From: Eubacteriales bacterium
Lineage (GTDB): Bacteria > Bacillota > Clostridia > Oscillospirales > CAG-272
Assembly (NCBI GenBank): GCA_045537595.1
Contig: JAZSPS010000003.1
Coordinates: 19,035 to 83,034, forward strand
Direction of reading: 5' to 3'
Length of the DNA: 64,000 bases
Shown here: positions 10,016-18,958 of the stretch, in pieces
How positions within the stretch are numbered: position 1 is the stretch's first letter
Layout of the letters: each line of letters begins with the position of its first letter
Made by a program: the position numbers and the translations under genes
The notes under the pieces: generated by a model
What the model saw: only the letters and a program-made list of their open reading frames with translations
Told to the model about the DNA's origin: nothing
Databases searched by the model: none

Positions 10016-11259
10016 TTTGTTTTTTCTCCTTTTCTCTGATTCCGAAAAGTCTTTACCGACAAAATCTCCGCGTTCGCTTCTCCGTCACGCAGGATCAGCT
10101 TAATTTGCTGTCCTTTTTTTAATTGCTTTGACGAGGCGACGATTCTCTCCTCGCTATCTCTGACCGCGCTATAGCCTCTTTGCAGCACTGCCAAGGGGTT
10201 CAGCGCGTTCAGCCTCTCTGCCATGGTTTGCAGTCTTGCCCTTTCCTTTTCGGTTCTCCGCTCCACCGACCGTTCCAGCATCTTCTGATCATACTCGATC
10301 CTTTGACGTATACGCCGCAGCTTTTCCTCGGGGGAAAGCAAGCCAAGCGCTTGCTTTTTTTGAAGCACTCTTTGCTTTTGGCTATGGATCCTTTGCGTAG
10401 CAGACCGTTCCATATGGCTTTGTTTTTGTCCAAGAAGCTCAAGAAGCGTTTTACGGTCGGGCACTGCCAGCTCTGCCGCCGCCGAAGGAGTGGGCGCTCG
10501 GCGATCCGCCGCGAAATCGCACAGCGTGAAGTCGATCTCGTGTCCCACGGCAGAGATCACGGGGATCTGAGATGCCGCCACCATACGGACCAATTTTTCG
10601 TCATTAAACGCCCACAGATCCTCCATAGAGCCGCCGCCTCGTCCCAATATGATCACATCACAGCACCGCGCGGCGTTAAAATACGCTATACCTGAGCAAA
10701 GCATATCAGGCGCTTCGCTTCCCTGCACCAAGGAGGGATACAGAAGGATCTTTGCCTGTGGATAACGTCTTCCTGTAATATTAAGAATATCGCGAATGGC
10801 GGCTCCTGTTGGCGCCGTGATAATTCCAATACACTCGGGATATTCGGGAATTGGTTTTTTTCTTGCCTCATCAAAGAGACCTTCCCCTTCCAGCTGTTTC
10901 TTCAAGCGCTCGTATGCCAATGCCATAGCGCCGATTCCGTCTGCCAGCATGGTTCTTACATATACTTGATAGCGTCCGCTTTTTTCATACACATCTACGC
11001 TACCGTACACCAAAACTCTCATTCCGTCTGCCGGTCGGAATTTCATTCTCGCGGCATCCCCTCGGAACATAACAGCGGCGATTTCCGCCCCTTCGTCCTT
11101 TAGCGTAAAATACATATGTCCGCTGGAATGTGCTTTGAAATTGGATATTTCCCCTCGGATCGCCACGCTTGAGAGCACCTCATCGGAGGTCAGGAGAGCT
11201 TTAATATACCGATTGACATCGGTGACCGTAAGGGCAGGCATTGCCTGATTTTCATTCAT
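10012..11259 (-). CDS. xseA: exodeoxyribonuclease VII large subunit
   Basis: OB-fold N-terminus ([14 protein letters not shown]), a catalytic core and a coiled-coil C-terminus. Start set at MNENQ (GAGGTG RBS 5 nt upstream). The track's 36-aa extension overlaps the upstream gene. Confidence 0.9.
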   Translation of the reverse strand: MNENQAMPALTVTDVNRYIKALLTSDEVLSSVAIRGEISNFKAHSSGHMYFTLKDEGAEIAAVMFRGDAARMKFRPADGMRVLVYGSVDVYEKSGRYQVYVRTMLADGIGAMALAYERLKKQLEGEGLFDEARKKPIPEYPECIGIITAPTGAAIRDILNITGRRYPQAKILLYPSLVQGSEAPDMLCSGIAYFNAARCCDVIILGRGGGSMEDLWAFNDEKLVRMVAASQIPVISAVGHEIDFTLCDFAADRRAPTPSAAAELAVPDRKTLLELLGQKQSHMERSATQRIHSQKQRVLQKKQALGLLSPEEKLRRIRQRIEYDQKMLERSVERRTEKERARLQTMAERLNALNPLAVLQRGYSAVRDSEERIVASSKQLKKGQQIKLILRDGEANAEILSVKTFRNQRKGEKTK

Positions 11260-12250
11260 AGAAGCACCTCGCCTTTTCCATATTGCGCTGTACCTGTCTT
11301 TGGCACAGCAGAGCGATCCCCGCGGCGTTATCCGCGGAAAAGGCGGGTTGCGCGAAATAGGCGTCAAATCGTTGAGAAAGCTCCTCTCGCATCAATTGAT
11401 TCGACATTACCCCGCCCGCAAAAAGCACGGGAATTTTTCCATATTTCGCTTGGGCGTTTTCTCCCATTTTGATCAGAGTTCTTTTAATAAAATCAAAAAC
11501 AAAGGCAGATACCATATCGGGAGAAGCGGTCTCCTTATACAATCGAAGCGCGATATTTTCCGCTCCCGAGAGGCTGCATTTTCCTTCACGCACGCAAACA
11601 GGGTGTTGATAGATCTTTCCCTTACGGTTTACATGCTCTGCCGCCAATTTTTCCATTTCCCTTCCGCAGGGAAAGGAAAGACCCATAGCGACCCCAACAC
11701 GGTCGATCAGCTGACCCGCGTTGATATCATCCGTTTCACCGATCCGCGTGACAGAAGGTCCGTTGGTTTGCGGCTGTACCATGAAAACCTCGGTCGTTCC
11801 CCCCGACACATGAAAAGCGATGAAGGGTACTTTTTCCAAAGTTTCCAGCCCTTCTGAGGAGTACATTGCCGCCATCACATGTCCGTTTTGATGTGAGAAA
11901 GTGTATACAGGAAGATCCGCCGCTGCCGCGAAGGCATACGCCGCCGCTTTTCCCACGAGAAAGCACGGCATATAGGAATTTTCCTCGTCCCTTGGGCGAA
12001 CAGACACGCCTACGGCTTTGGGGGTATATCCGCCTTCCGCCAAGATCCTTTTCAGCTCCTCGGTCACCTTTGGCAAATTACGGATATGCTCAAAAACGGC
12101 ATCCGACTGGCGCAAGCCCCTTTGCCCTTCTCTGACCGGCAGGGGCTGTTTCAGATTCGCGATAACCTCGCCCTCTTCGTTACAGAGCGCTGCCGAGGTA
12201 GTATAATTGCTGGTATCAAATCCGATATAGCAGCCCGACATATCAATCAT
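11252..12250 (-). CDS. Kae1/TsaD-family (ASKHA fold, 'glycoprotease M22') protein, divergent paralogue
   Basis: 332 aa. It aligns by eye along its length with TsaD and keeps the HxxxH metal motif (SHQNGHVMAA) and the C-terminal SADNAAGIA. The N-terminal motif is GFDTSNYTTS instead of GIETSCDET. Confidence 0.7.
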   Translation of the reverse strand: MIDMSGCYIGFDTSNYTTSAALCNEEGEVIANLKQPLPVREGQRGLRQSDAVFEHIRNLPKVTEELKRILAEGGYTPKAVGVSVRPRDEENSYMPCFLVGKAAAYAFAAAADLPVYTFSHQNGHVMAAMYSSEGLETLEKVPFIAFHVSGGTTEVFMVQPQTNGPSVTRIGETDDINAGQLIDRVGVAMGLSFPCGREMEKLAAEHVNRKGKIYQHPVCVREGKCSLSGAENIALRLYKETASPDMVSAFVFDFIKRTLIKMGENAQAKYGKIPVLFAGGVMSNQLMREELSQRFDAYFAQPAFSADNAAGIALLCQRQVQRNMEKARCFYE

Positions 12251-12686
12251 CCTGTTGTGCCACTCCGGCGGACGCGTCCGATTTCAATTGGTTCTTAACA
12301 GAATTCAAAATTCCGTTGATGAAGGGTCTTGCCTTTTCGTCATCGTACTTTTTTGCCATCTCCACGGCTTCATTGATGGAAACACTGTATGGAATTTCCT
12401 TTTCGTACAGCATCTCATAGACCCCCATACGGAGAATTGACCGTGACAGGCGTGTCATTCTTTCGGTTTTCCATCCGTGGGAATGCTTTCCGATCCATTC
12501 ATCAATCGTCACTTGATTCTCGCAAATACTATGGTACGCGTTTTTTATATAGCTATCCTCGGGAATTTGGCGTTCCTCTACAGAGCTGCCATAGATCTCC
12601 GTATCGCTTTCATCTCCTCGGAATTCCCTTTCGAACAGCAATCCTACCAAATACTCTCTTGCTTCTCTTCTTTTTAATGTACTCAT
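12243..12686 (-). CDS. nusB: transcription antitermination factor NusB
   Basis: 147 aa with typical NusB helices (REYLVGLLFE..., ILRMGVYEMLY, INEAVEMAKKY...FINGILN). Confidence 0.9.
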   Translation of the reverse strand: MSTLKRREAREYLVGLLFEREFRGDESDTEIYGSSVEERQIPEDSYIKNAYHSICENQVTIDEWIGKHSHGWKTERMTRLSRSILRMGVYEMLYEKEIPYSVSINEAVEMAKKYDDEKARPFINGILNSVKNQLKSDASAGVAQQDD

Positions 12687-12811
12687 TATCTGTCCTTACG
12701 GCATTGGAAGCAAATTCCTTTTTTGCCGTTTTCCTTTCCCATTGAATGACAATTGAATGATGAATAAAAATCTTTTTTACTTCATTCGGACACAATCATC
12801 CATTTTATATT

Positions 12812-12840
12812 ATTATAATGCTTATTCCTCAAAATGTCAA
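12812..12840 (-). promoter_or_regulatory. consensus sigma-A promoter of the nusB-xseAB-ispA... operon
   Basis: On the minus strand: TTGACA (12840-12835), 17 nt, TATAAT (12817-12812). The predicted leader is about 119 nt. Confidence 0.7.
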
Positions 12841-12930
12841 GAAAGAGAATGAATATTTTCATAAATATTCATTTTATTTATTCATTTTAGGACATATTGG
12901 ATCATGCACCGCCGTGACTTCTTTACAACA

Positions 12931-12981
12931 CCAAATAACAAAAGAGAGGCAATATGGAAAAATCCCTATTGTCTCTCTTTT
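12931..12981 (-). terminator. intrinsic terminator after the GT2 gene
   Basis: 12-bp stem AGAGAGGCAATA / TATTGTCTCTCT (one G-U), followed on the minus strand by TTTTGTTATTT. Confidence 0.6.
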
Positions 12982-13043
12982 CTTATCGTCTCTGATCATC
13001 ACCGAAGGTGAGTCGGTCGCTATTTATGGAATCTAAAAGGCTC

Positions 13044-13979
13044 TCAGTCATCAAAATTGATACGTTCTTCCTCAATTACCAAGGGACGTTTCATGATTCG
13101 GGTATTCATACTCATTATGTACTCTCCCGCAAAGCCGATGAAGAACAGCTGCAAGCCGCCTACAAACAGAATCGTCAACAAAACAGCCGCTGTGCCCGTT
13201 TCAAACAAGTCGTTATTGATCAGCTTCAAAATCAGGCACACGATTGACGAGAAGAAGCTTCCTCCGCTCATGGCGATTCCCAAAAAGGATGCAAGTCTCA
13301 TTCCGATCTTTGTATAAGACGTAAAGGACAGCATGGCGGCATCATACAGGCTAAAGAAATTATTGCTGGTTTTTCCTGCCCGTCTTTTTGCCTGCTCGTA
13401 TTCCACCTTTTTGATCTTTGGTCCCAATTCCGCAACAATTCCGCGCAAAAAGGGCGTGGGATCGTCCAGCTCTCGCAACACCTCCACAAAGCTCTTATCG
13501 TACAGACCAAAGCCTGTGAAATGCTCGATCTGCTCGACCCGAGACATCTTTCGGATCATTTTATAATAGATGCTCCGCAAAAAGTACATCAGCTTATTTT
13601 CTTTACTGGATGTTTTTACGCCGATAACGATCTTATATCCCTTCTCCCATTCCTCAAGAAACTTTGGAATCATTTCCACCGGATCCTGAAAATCACAGCA
13701 AACGCAAAGGGTACAATCTCCCGTGGTTTGGCAGATTCCGTGATAGGGAGAATTGAACTGTCCGAAATTTTTAGAATTGAAGATCGCGCGGATCTTCGGA
13801 TTCTCGGCACAGATCTGCCGAAGAAGGGGACGTGTATTATCCTGTGAGCAGTTATCGATGAAGAGTATCTCATAGTCATACTGCGGCAGCTGCTCCATTT
13901 GTTTTACAAGCGCCTGACTCATGGGAACGACATTTTCTTCCTCATTATAACAAGGCACCATAATACTGATCTTTTTCAT
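13044..13979 (-). CDS. GT2-family polyprenyl-phosphate glycosyltransferase (GtrB/CsbB/DPM1-like)
   Basis: The N-terminus (ISIMVPCYNEEEN) and DNCSQD match GT-A motifs. Two C-terminal TM helices (LASFLGIAMSGGSFF..., AAVLLTILFVGGLQLFFIGFAGEYI) are typical of the GtrB class. Confidence 0.8.
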   Translation of the reverse strand: MKKISIMVPCYNEEENVVPMSQALVKQMEQLPQYDYEILFIDNCSQDNTRPLLRQICAENPKIRAIFNSKNFGQFNSPYHGICQTTGDCTLCVCCDFQDPVEMIPKFLEEWEKGYKIVIGVKTSSKENKLMYFLRSIYYKMIRKMSRVEQIEHFTGFGLYDKSFVEVLRELDDPTPFLRGIVAELGPKIKKVEYEQAKRRAGKTSNNFFSLYDAAMLSFTSYTKIGMRLASFLGIAMSGGSFFSSIVCLILKLINNDLFETGTAAVLLTILFVGGLQLFFIGFAGEYIMSMNTRIMKRPLVIEEERINFDD

Positions 13980-14040
13980 TTTATTTCTCCTCCGTAAGGA
14001 TATTTTATATAGGATATGTTTTTCATATGTTTCGTGTTAT

Positions 14041-15012
14041 TTACCGGCAATTTTCTTTTGCCCATGCTACCGTTCTGCGGATTCCCTCCGCAAAGGAAAC
14101 CGTGGGAGTAAAGCCTGTATCCTGTTGAAGCTCTGTAATATCCGCGCAAAGATACATAACCTGCTTGGGCGCGTATGGGACCTCTCCCAACCCCAACACC
14201 GCATGGGGGGACACCGCGTCCCGAAGCTGAAGGATATAATCCCTCAGCGGCATGGGCGCTCCGCTTCCAAGACAGTAGATCTTTCCGCTTTTTCCCGATT
14301 CCGCCATTGCCAAAAATGCTTTTGCAGCGTCCTCGCTGTACAGGTAATCCCAAATTTGTTCCCCTGCCGTAAAGCTGGCTTTCTCTCCCTTCATCAATTT
14401 CCGCACCGTTGACATAACCATAGAATTTGGAGTATCATAGGGACCGTACACGCTCAGTATCCGTGCCCACATATGGCGCATTCCCATTTTCTCACACATG
14501 ATTCGGCTCATCTGCCCCGCGCATAGCTTGGCGATTCCGTATCCGTTTTCCGGAAACGCAGGGGTTTCGGGTGTCAGCTTTCCTTCTACCCTTCCATATT
14601 CCGCCTGAGAGCCCGCTCCTATAAAGGTATGACAGCCCAATCTTGCCGCCAGCTCTACCGCATCCAAGGTATAGCTTACGTTCCGATTCTGCAAGGGCAT
14701 ATCGTTTCTTGCTTCCCCCGTGGTTCCCTCCCACGCAAAGTGAAAGAACACCTCATAGCTTTTTCCGCCTGTCAAATTCTCCCGAGTTTTTTCCTTCATT
14801 TCCGACAACGGGCAATCCACCTTTGTAATCAGAGGATGCTCGGGAATTCGCTCGCTTCTTGGGGAATTCGCCCGACAAAGAACCAATGTGGGGATCTCAC
14901 GTCGGATCAATTCATTCAGCAGAGCCATTCCCACGGCTCCCGTGGCGCCGCTTACTACTGCCTTCATCCCATTTAGCTTTATTTGATTTAAGCTATTTGA
15001 CTGTTTTTCCAT
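14041..15012 (-). CDS. NAD-dependent extended SDR epimerase/4-ketoreductase acting on a nucleotide sugar
   Basis: GATGAVG Rossmann motif and a YGIAK catalytic YxxxK. The start is uncertain (alternative MKAVVSGATG at 14967). Confidence 0.8.
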   Translation of the reverse strand: MEKQSNSLNQIKLNGMKAVVSGATGAVGMALLNELIRREIPTLVLCRANSPRSERIPEHPLITKVDCPLSEMKEKTRENLTGGKSYEVFFHFAWEGTTGEARNDMPLQNRNVSYTLDAVELAARLGCHTFIGAGSQAEYGRVEGKLTPETPAFPENGYGIAKLCAGQMSRIMCEKMGMRHMWARILSVYGPYDTPNSMVMSTVRKLMKGEKASFTAGEQIWDYLYSEDAAKAFLAMAESGKSGKIYCLGSGAPMPLRDYILQLRDAVSPHAVLGLGEVPYAPKQVMYLCADITELQQDTGFTPTVSFAEGIRRTVAWAKENCR

Positions 15013-15141
15013 TTTATGCTATATGCCCCCTCTCTTGGATTTCCTTTTCTTTTTCAGAAAATCTTATTCTACATGCAGAATCAGCGACAGATGACTCCGG
15101 CGCTGATCCTTATTTTTTTATTATTTTCTCTGTTTATTTTT

Positions 15142-16209
15142 TTACCGAATCCATGTGCTCTCACGGATAAAGCGTTCAATTTGCTCATCCATGCAAGCCG
15201 CCACGTCTCCCTTTTGGTACAGGCATTTTGACCATTCCACGGTACAGCCCACCGCATCGCCCAAATTCCACACCGGCTTCCACTCAAACACGGTTTTTAA
15301 TTTAGAGCAATCCAGCTTTAGGAAATTCGCTTCGTGGGGACCGCCGTCATAGCGGTTGATCCATTTCATTCCCTCTCCCCAGCAACGGCAGAACAGGTCT
15401 ACAAGCGCTCCTGTACGGAAGCAATCACATTCATCGGGTCCAACATTATAGTACCCCGCATACGTTCCGTCCTCGTACTGCTTTTGCGCGATCATAAGGT
15501 ATGCCATGACCGGCTCCAAAACATGCTGATACGGACGTGTGGAATGAGGATTGCGGACAATAATATCCTTTTTATCAAAGGCGGCGCGGATACAGTCGGG
15601 AATGATCCGATCATTTGCGAAGTCTCCTCCGCCGATCACGTTTCCCGCACGGGCTGTGGATATTGCCACATGTCCGTCCGCAAAAAAGGAATCCTTATAG
15701 CTGTGTGTTACAAGCTCCGAGCATGATTTACTGTTAGAATAGGGATTAAAGTTGTTTAGTGGCTCGTTCTCACGGTATCCCCACTCCCATTCATTATTCT
15801 TATATACCTTATCGGTGGTTACGTTCAAAAAGGAACGAACCGTATCGGACAGGCGGACACATTCAAGAATATTGACGGTTCCCATCACGTTTGTTTCATA
15901 GGTATATTTCGGATCCTTATAGCTATCGCGCACGATCGGCTGTGCCGCCAAATGCAATACGATCTCAGGCTTCGCCTCATCGAAGCATTTTTTTAATGAC
16001 GCAAAGTCACGAATATCCCCGATCACAGAGTTCATTCCGTCGGCAATTCCCGCCAGATCAAACAGTGCGGGATCGGTAGGAGGAGTTTGCGAATATCCCG
16101 TAACCTCCGCCCCCGCGTTTTTCAGCACCTTACACATCCACGAGCCCTTAAAGCCCGTATGTCCTGTAACAAGGACCCTTTTTCCTTTATAAAAATTTAA
16201 ATCTAACAT
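15142..16209 (-). CDS. rfbG: CDP-glucose 4,6-dehydratase
   Basis: VLVTGHTGFKGSW, a YSNSK catalytic motif, length about 355 aa. Start set at MLDLNFYKGKR, whose ATG overlaps the rfbF stop (TGATG). The track's 28-aa extension is rejected. Confidence 0.9.
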   Translation of the reverse strand: MLDLNFYKGKRVLVTGHTGFKGSWMCKVLKNAGAEVTGYSQTPPTDPALFDLAGIADGMNSVIGDIRDFASLKKCFDEAKPEIVLHLAAQPIVRDSYKDPKYTYETNVMGTVNILECVRLSDTVRSFLNVTTDKVYKNNEWEWGYRENEPLNNFNPYSNSKSCSELVTHSYKDSFFADGHVAISTARAGNVIGGGDFANDRIIPDCIRAAFDKKDIIVRNPHSTRPYQHVLEPVMAYLMIAQKQYEDGTYAGYYNVGPDECDCFRTGALVDLFCRCWGEGMKWINRYDGGPHEANFLKLDCSKLKTVFEWKPVWNLGDAVGCTVEWSKCLYQKGDVAACMDEQIERFIRESTWIR

Positions 16210-16997
16210 CAATCTTCCCAATTCTTCCACGGAGCTTCTCCGCTTTCCCAAAGTTTTTCCAAGGTTTCCCAATCTCGTTTTGTATCCATGCACTGCCAGA
16301 AGCCGTCGTGATGGAAGCCCATCAGCTCGCCGTCCTTTGCCAAATGCTCCAAGGGGTATTTTTCAAATACGGTATCATCCCCCTCGATATAATCAATCAC
16401 TTTAGGATCAAGGACCATAAATCCGCCATTGATCGGGTTACCGTCGCTATCTCTCTTCTCACGGAAGGAAGTGATCCGATTACTGTCCTTACCCATTTTG
16501 ATAACGCCAAAGCGCTGTCCCGCGTTTACGACCGTCAAGGTGGCAAGCTTTCCGCTTTCCTTATGGAAATCGACCAAGGCGTTCATATCCACATCCGAAA
16601 GCCCGTCACCGTAAGTAAGGAGGAAGGGTTCATTGGGATTCAGATATTTCTTGATTCTCTTGATACGTCCTCCCGTCATTGTATTCAGTCCTGTATCGGC
16701 AACGGTGATCTTCCACTGCTCGGTATAGGTTTTATGGACACGCATACGGTTTGTACTGTTGGTAAAGTCAAAGGTAACGTCTGACGCATGAAGAAAGTAG
16801 TTATTAAAGAAATCCTTAATATACTGCTGTCTATATCCGCAACAGATAATGAACTCATTAAATCCGTACGCGGAATAGTTTTTCATAATATGCCACAGGA
16901 TGGGCATTCCGCCGATCTCGATCATAGGTTTCGGTTTTAAATAGGATTCCTCCGAAATTCGTGTTCCAAAGCCTCCGGCTAAAATTACGACTTGCAT
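16209..16997 (-). CDS. rfbF: glucose-1-phosphate cytidylyltransferase
   Basis: MQVVILAGGFGTRISEESYLKPKPMIEIGGMPILWHIM is the RfbF signature N-terminus. Length 262 aa. Confidence 0.9.
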   Translation of the reverse strand: MQVVILAGGFGTRISEESYLKPKPMIEIGGMPILWHIMKNYSAYGFNEFIICCGYRQQYIKDFFNNYFLHASDVTFDFTNSTNRMRVHKTYTEQWKITVADTGLNTMTGGRIKRIKKYLNPNEPFLLTYGDGLSDVDMNALVDFHKESGKLATLTVVNAGQRFGVIKMGKDSNRITSFREKRDSDGNPINGGFMVLDPKVIDYIEGDDTVFEKYPLEHLAKDGELMGFHHDGFWQCMDTKRDWETLEKLWESGEAPWKNWED

Positions 16998-17187
16998 ATA
17001 ATTTTTCCTTTCCTGCCTGTTATCAATCCTTTTATTTTTTCATCCGCTGTATTTTGCGCCAATGTCGGTCCGCAACCGAGCATAAAAATGCCGCGATTTA
17101 ATAAAATTTAATAAGATACTTAATAAATTAATAAATTTGATAAAATTGTAACAATTCTTATGAGATTTTGTCCCTACATTTAGTATG

Positions 17188-17216
17188 ATTATACCATGCG
17201 GGGAGAATTTTGTCAA
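17188..17216 (-). promoter_or_regulatory. consensus sigma-A promoter of the rfbF-rfbG-SDR-GT2 cassette
   Basis: On the minus strand: TTGACA (17216-17211), 17 nt, TGg-TATAAT (17193-17188). This implies a leader of about 184 nt before the rfbF ATG. Confidence 0.65.
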
Positions 17217-17430
17217 TAGTTTGTTAAATAATGTTTAAAATATTCAACATTTTTATGAATTTTAATATTTACGATTCAAAAATAATGCTTTTTATTTTGA
17301 CCTTTTTATTGTATCACAGATCCTTCCTTTTGTAAACAGGCTTCGACTGAAAACGGTATGAACTTTTTATATAGAAGACTTCACACAGGCTTCACCTATT
17401 GAATTTCGCCATATTTTCCTCTATTTCAGC

Positions 17431-18771
17431 TTATTTCCCTACCTTATTTACCCAAGCCTCGGTCGCCCTCTTTACTTCCTTATTCATTACACAGATCACG
17501 CTGACATTGATCAATGTCATAGCCCCCACAGCGAAGTCTGCCGCTTGCCATATGACATCCGCCGCCGCGAAGGATCCCACAAAAACCGAGATCGTATACA
17601 CCCAGCGAAATCCTGTCCGCGCGAGCTTACTGCCCGAAAGATACGCGGTGCTTTCCATTCCGTAATGTGCCCAGCAAAGGATCGTGGCAAATCCGAAAAA
17701 CAATACCGCCACGCTCATAAAATACGCCGCGAAATCCCCGAGCACCGCCGAATACGCTGTGACCGTCATCATCATATAATCGGGAGCAAGAACAGACGCC
17801 TCGGGATAACTGACAATTACCACCAGCGCTGTTACGGTACACAGGACAATGGTATCCGCAAATACCTCAAATATCCCCCAAACGCCTTGCTTTGCCGGTT
17901 CACGGCAATCCGATACCGCATGAGCGGTAGGAGCGGTTCCGCACCCCGCCTCATTGGAAATGAGCCCTCGCATGGTTCCGTACCGCACGCCGTCTGACAG
18001 CAAAAAGCCGCCGATCCCTCCGATCGCCGCGTTGGGGCGAAGAGCATCTCTGAAAATGACAGACACAGCGTTCCCCAAGAGGTCTGCTCTCAGAACCAGC
18101 ACCGCCGCCGACAGGATCAGGTATCCCAAGGTCATCAGCGGAACCATTTTCTCTGTGAGGCGAAGGATTCCATCGCTTCCCTTTCGGATCACGATTCCCG
18201 TGATCACCGCCAGTACGATCCCACTTGCCAAGGGAGGGACATGAAAAACCCCCGAAAAGGCATTACAAATGGCATTGACCTGAATCACGCTTCCCATCGT
18301 AACCGAATTCATGATACAAAGAATGGCAAAAATCCCTGCCAGCGCGCCGCCCAACAGACGATGACCCTTTCCATGAAGGAGGTCACGAATATAGTACATC
18401 GCCGAGCCGTGCGGTTTTCCGTTGATATCTGTTCTTCGGTGAAGCATGGCGAGGACGATCTCCGCATATTTCAGAAGCATCGCGCACAGGGCGCTTATCC
18501 ACATCCAAAATACCGCGCCGAAGCCTCCCATGGCGATTGCCGCCGAGACACCTACGATATTTCCCACGCCCAAGGTACCCGCCAGTGCCAAGGTCAGCGC
18601 GCGAAAGGGGGTCACCCCTTCCGTATTCTGCTTTTCTGTCAGTGCCCGCAGCACCGCTTTAGGCTTTAACAAATGAAAAAATTTCAGCCGAATTCCATAA
18701 AACACTCCTGCCGCCATCAAAAGAATCGGCACCATACTTCCAAACAGGTATTGATTGATCCACTCGATCAT
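17431..18771 (-). CDS. alanine/glycine:cation symporter (AGCS family)
   Basis: 446 aa, polytopic, with FRALTLALAGTLGVGNIVGVSAAI and GLISNEAGCGTAP motifs typical of sodium:alanine symporters. Confidence 0.9.
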   Translation of the reverse strand: MIEWINQYLFGSMVPILLMAAGVFYGIRLKFFHLLKPKAVLRALTEKQNTEGVTPFRALTLALAGTLGVGNIVGVSAAIAMGGFGAVFWMWISALCAMLLKYAEIVLAMLHRRTDINGKPHGSAMYYIRDLLHGKGHRLLGGALAGIFAILCIMNSVTMGSVIQVNAICNAFSGVFHVPPLASGIVLAVITGIVIRKGSDGILRLTEKMVPLMTLGYLILSAAVLVLRADLLGNAVSVIFRDALRPNAAIGGIGGFLLSDGVRYGTMRGLISNEAGCGTAPTAHAVSDCREPAKQGVWGIFEVFADTIVLCTVTALVVIVSYPEASVLAPDYMMMTVTAYSAVLGDFAAYFMSVAVLFFGFATILCWAHYGMESTAYLSGSKLARTGFRWVYTISVFVGSFAAADVIWQAADFAVGAMTLINVSVICVMNKEVKRATEAWVNKVGK

Positions 18772-18958
18772 TTTTTCTCCTCAGCTCTTACCGCGTATTT
18801 TTCCATATGATATTTACTACACCTTTGTTTTTTCAACGCTTTTGATGCTTTTTTCTTCTTTTTTTGTTTTTTTTACCGTTTGTCCGCCACAAAAAATCGG
18901 TTAGCACTCCCACGCCCATAACTAAATGTTAATTAAATGTTAAATCTTAAAAAAACTC

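Noticed and set aside
10012-11367. N-terminal extensions of track ORFs: xseA to 11367, rfbG to 16293, GH78 to 42451, dapA from 56562, rpmB from 54493, HtrA to 28182, HK to 29705, HAD to 62013.
   Set aside because: The extensions overlap upstream genes, riboswitch or terminator structures. They start at non-ATG codons inside Shine-Dalgarno sequences. Internal ATGs with well-spaced GGAGG-type RBSs give proteins matching family N-termini.
13976-14353. 125-aa minus-strand ORF overlapping the 3' part of the SDR gene in another frame.
   Set aside because: It is Gly/Arg/Pro-rich nonsense sequence with no RBS, fully nested in a gene that has intact SDR motifs.
18772-18900. Possible glycine riboswitch upstream of the alanine/glycine symporter.
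   Set aside because: The minus-strand leader is an A-rich tract. It lacks the conserved GGAGAG...CACCGAAGGGGCAA-type blocks of glycine aptamers.
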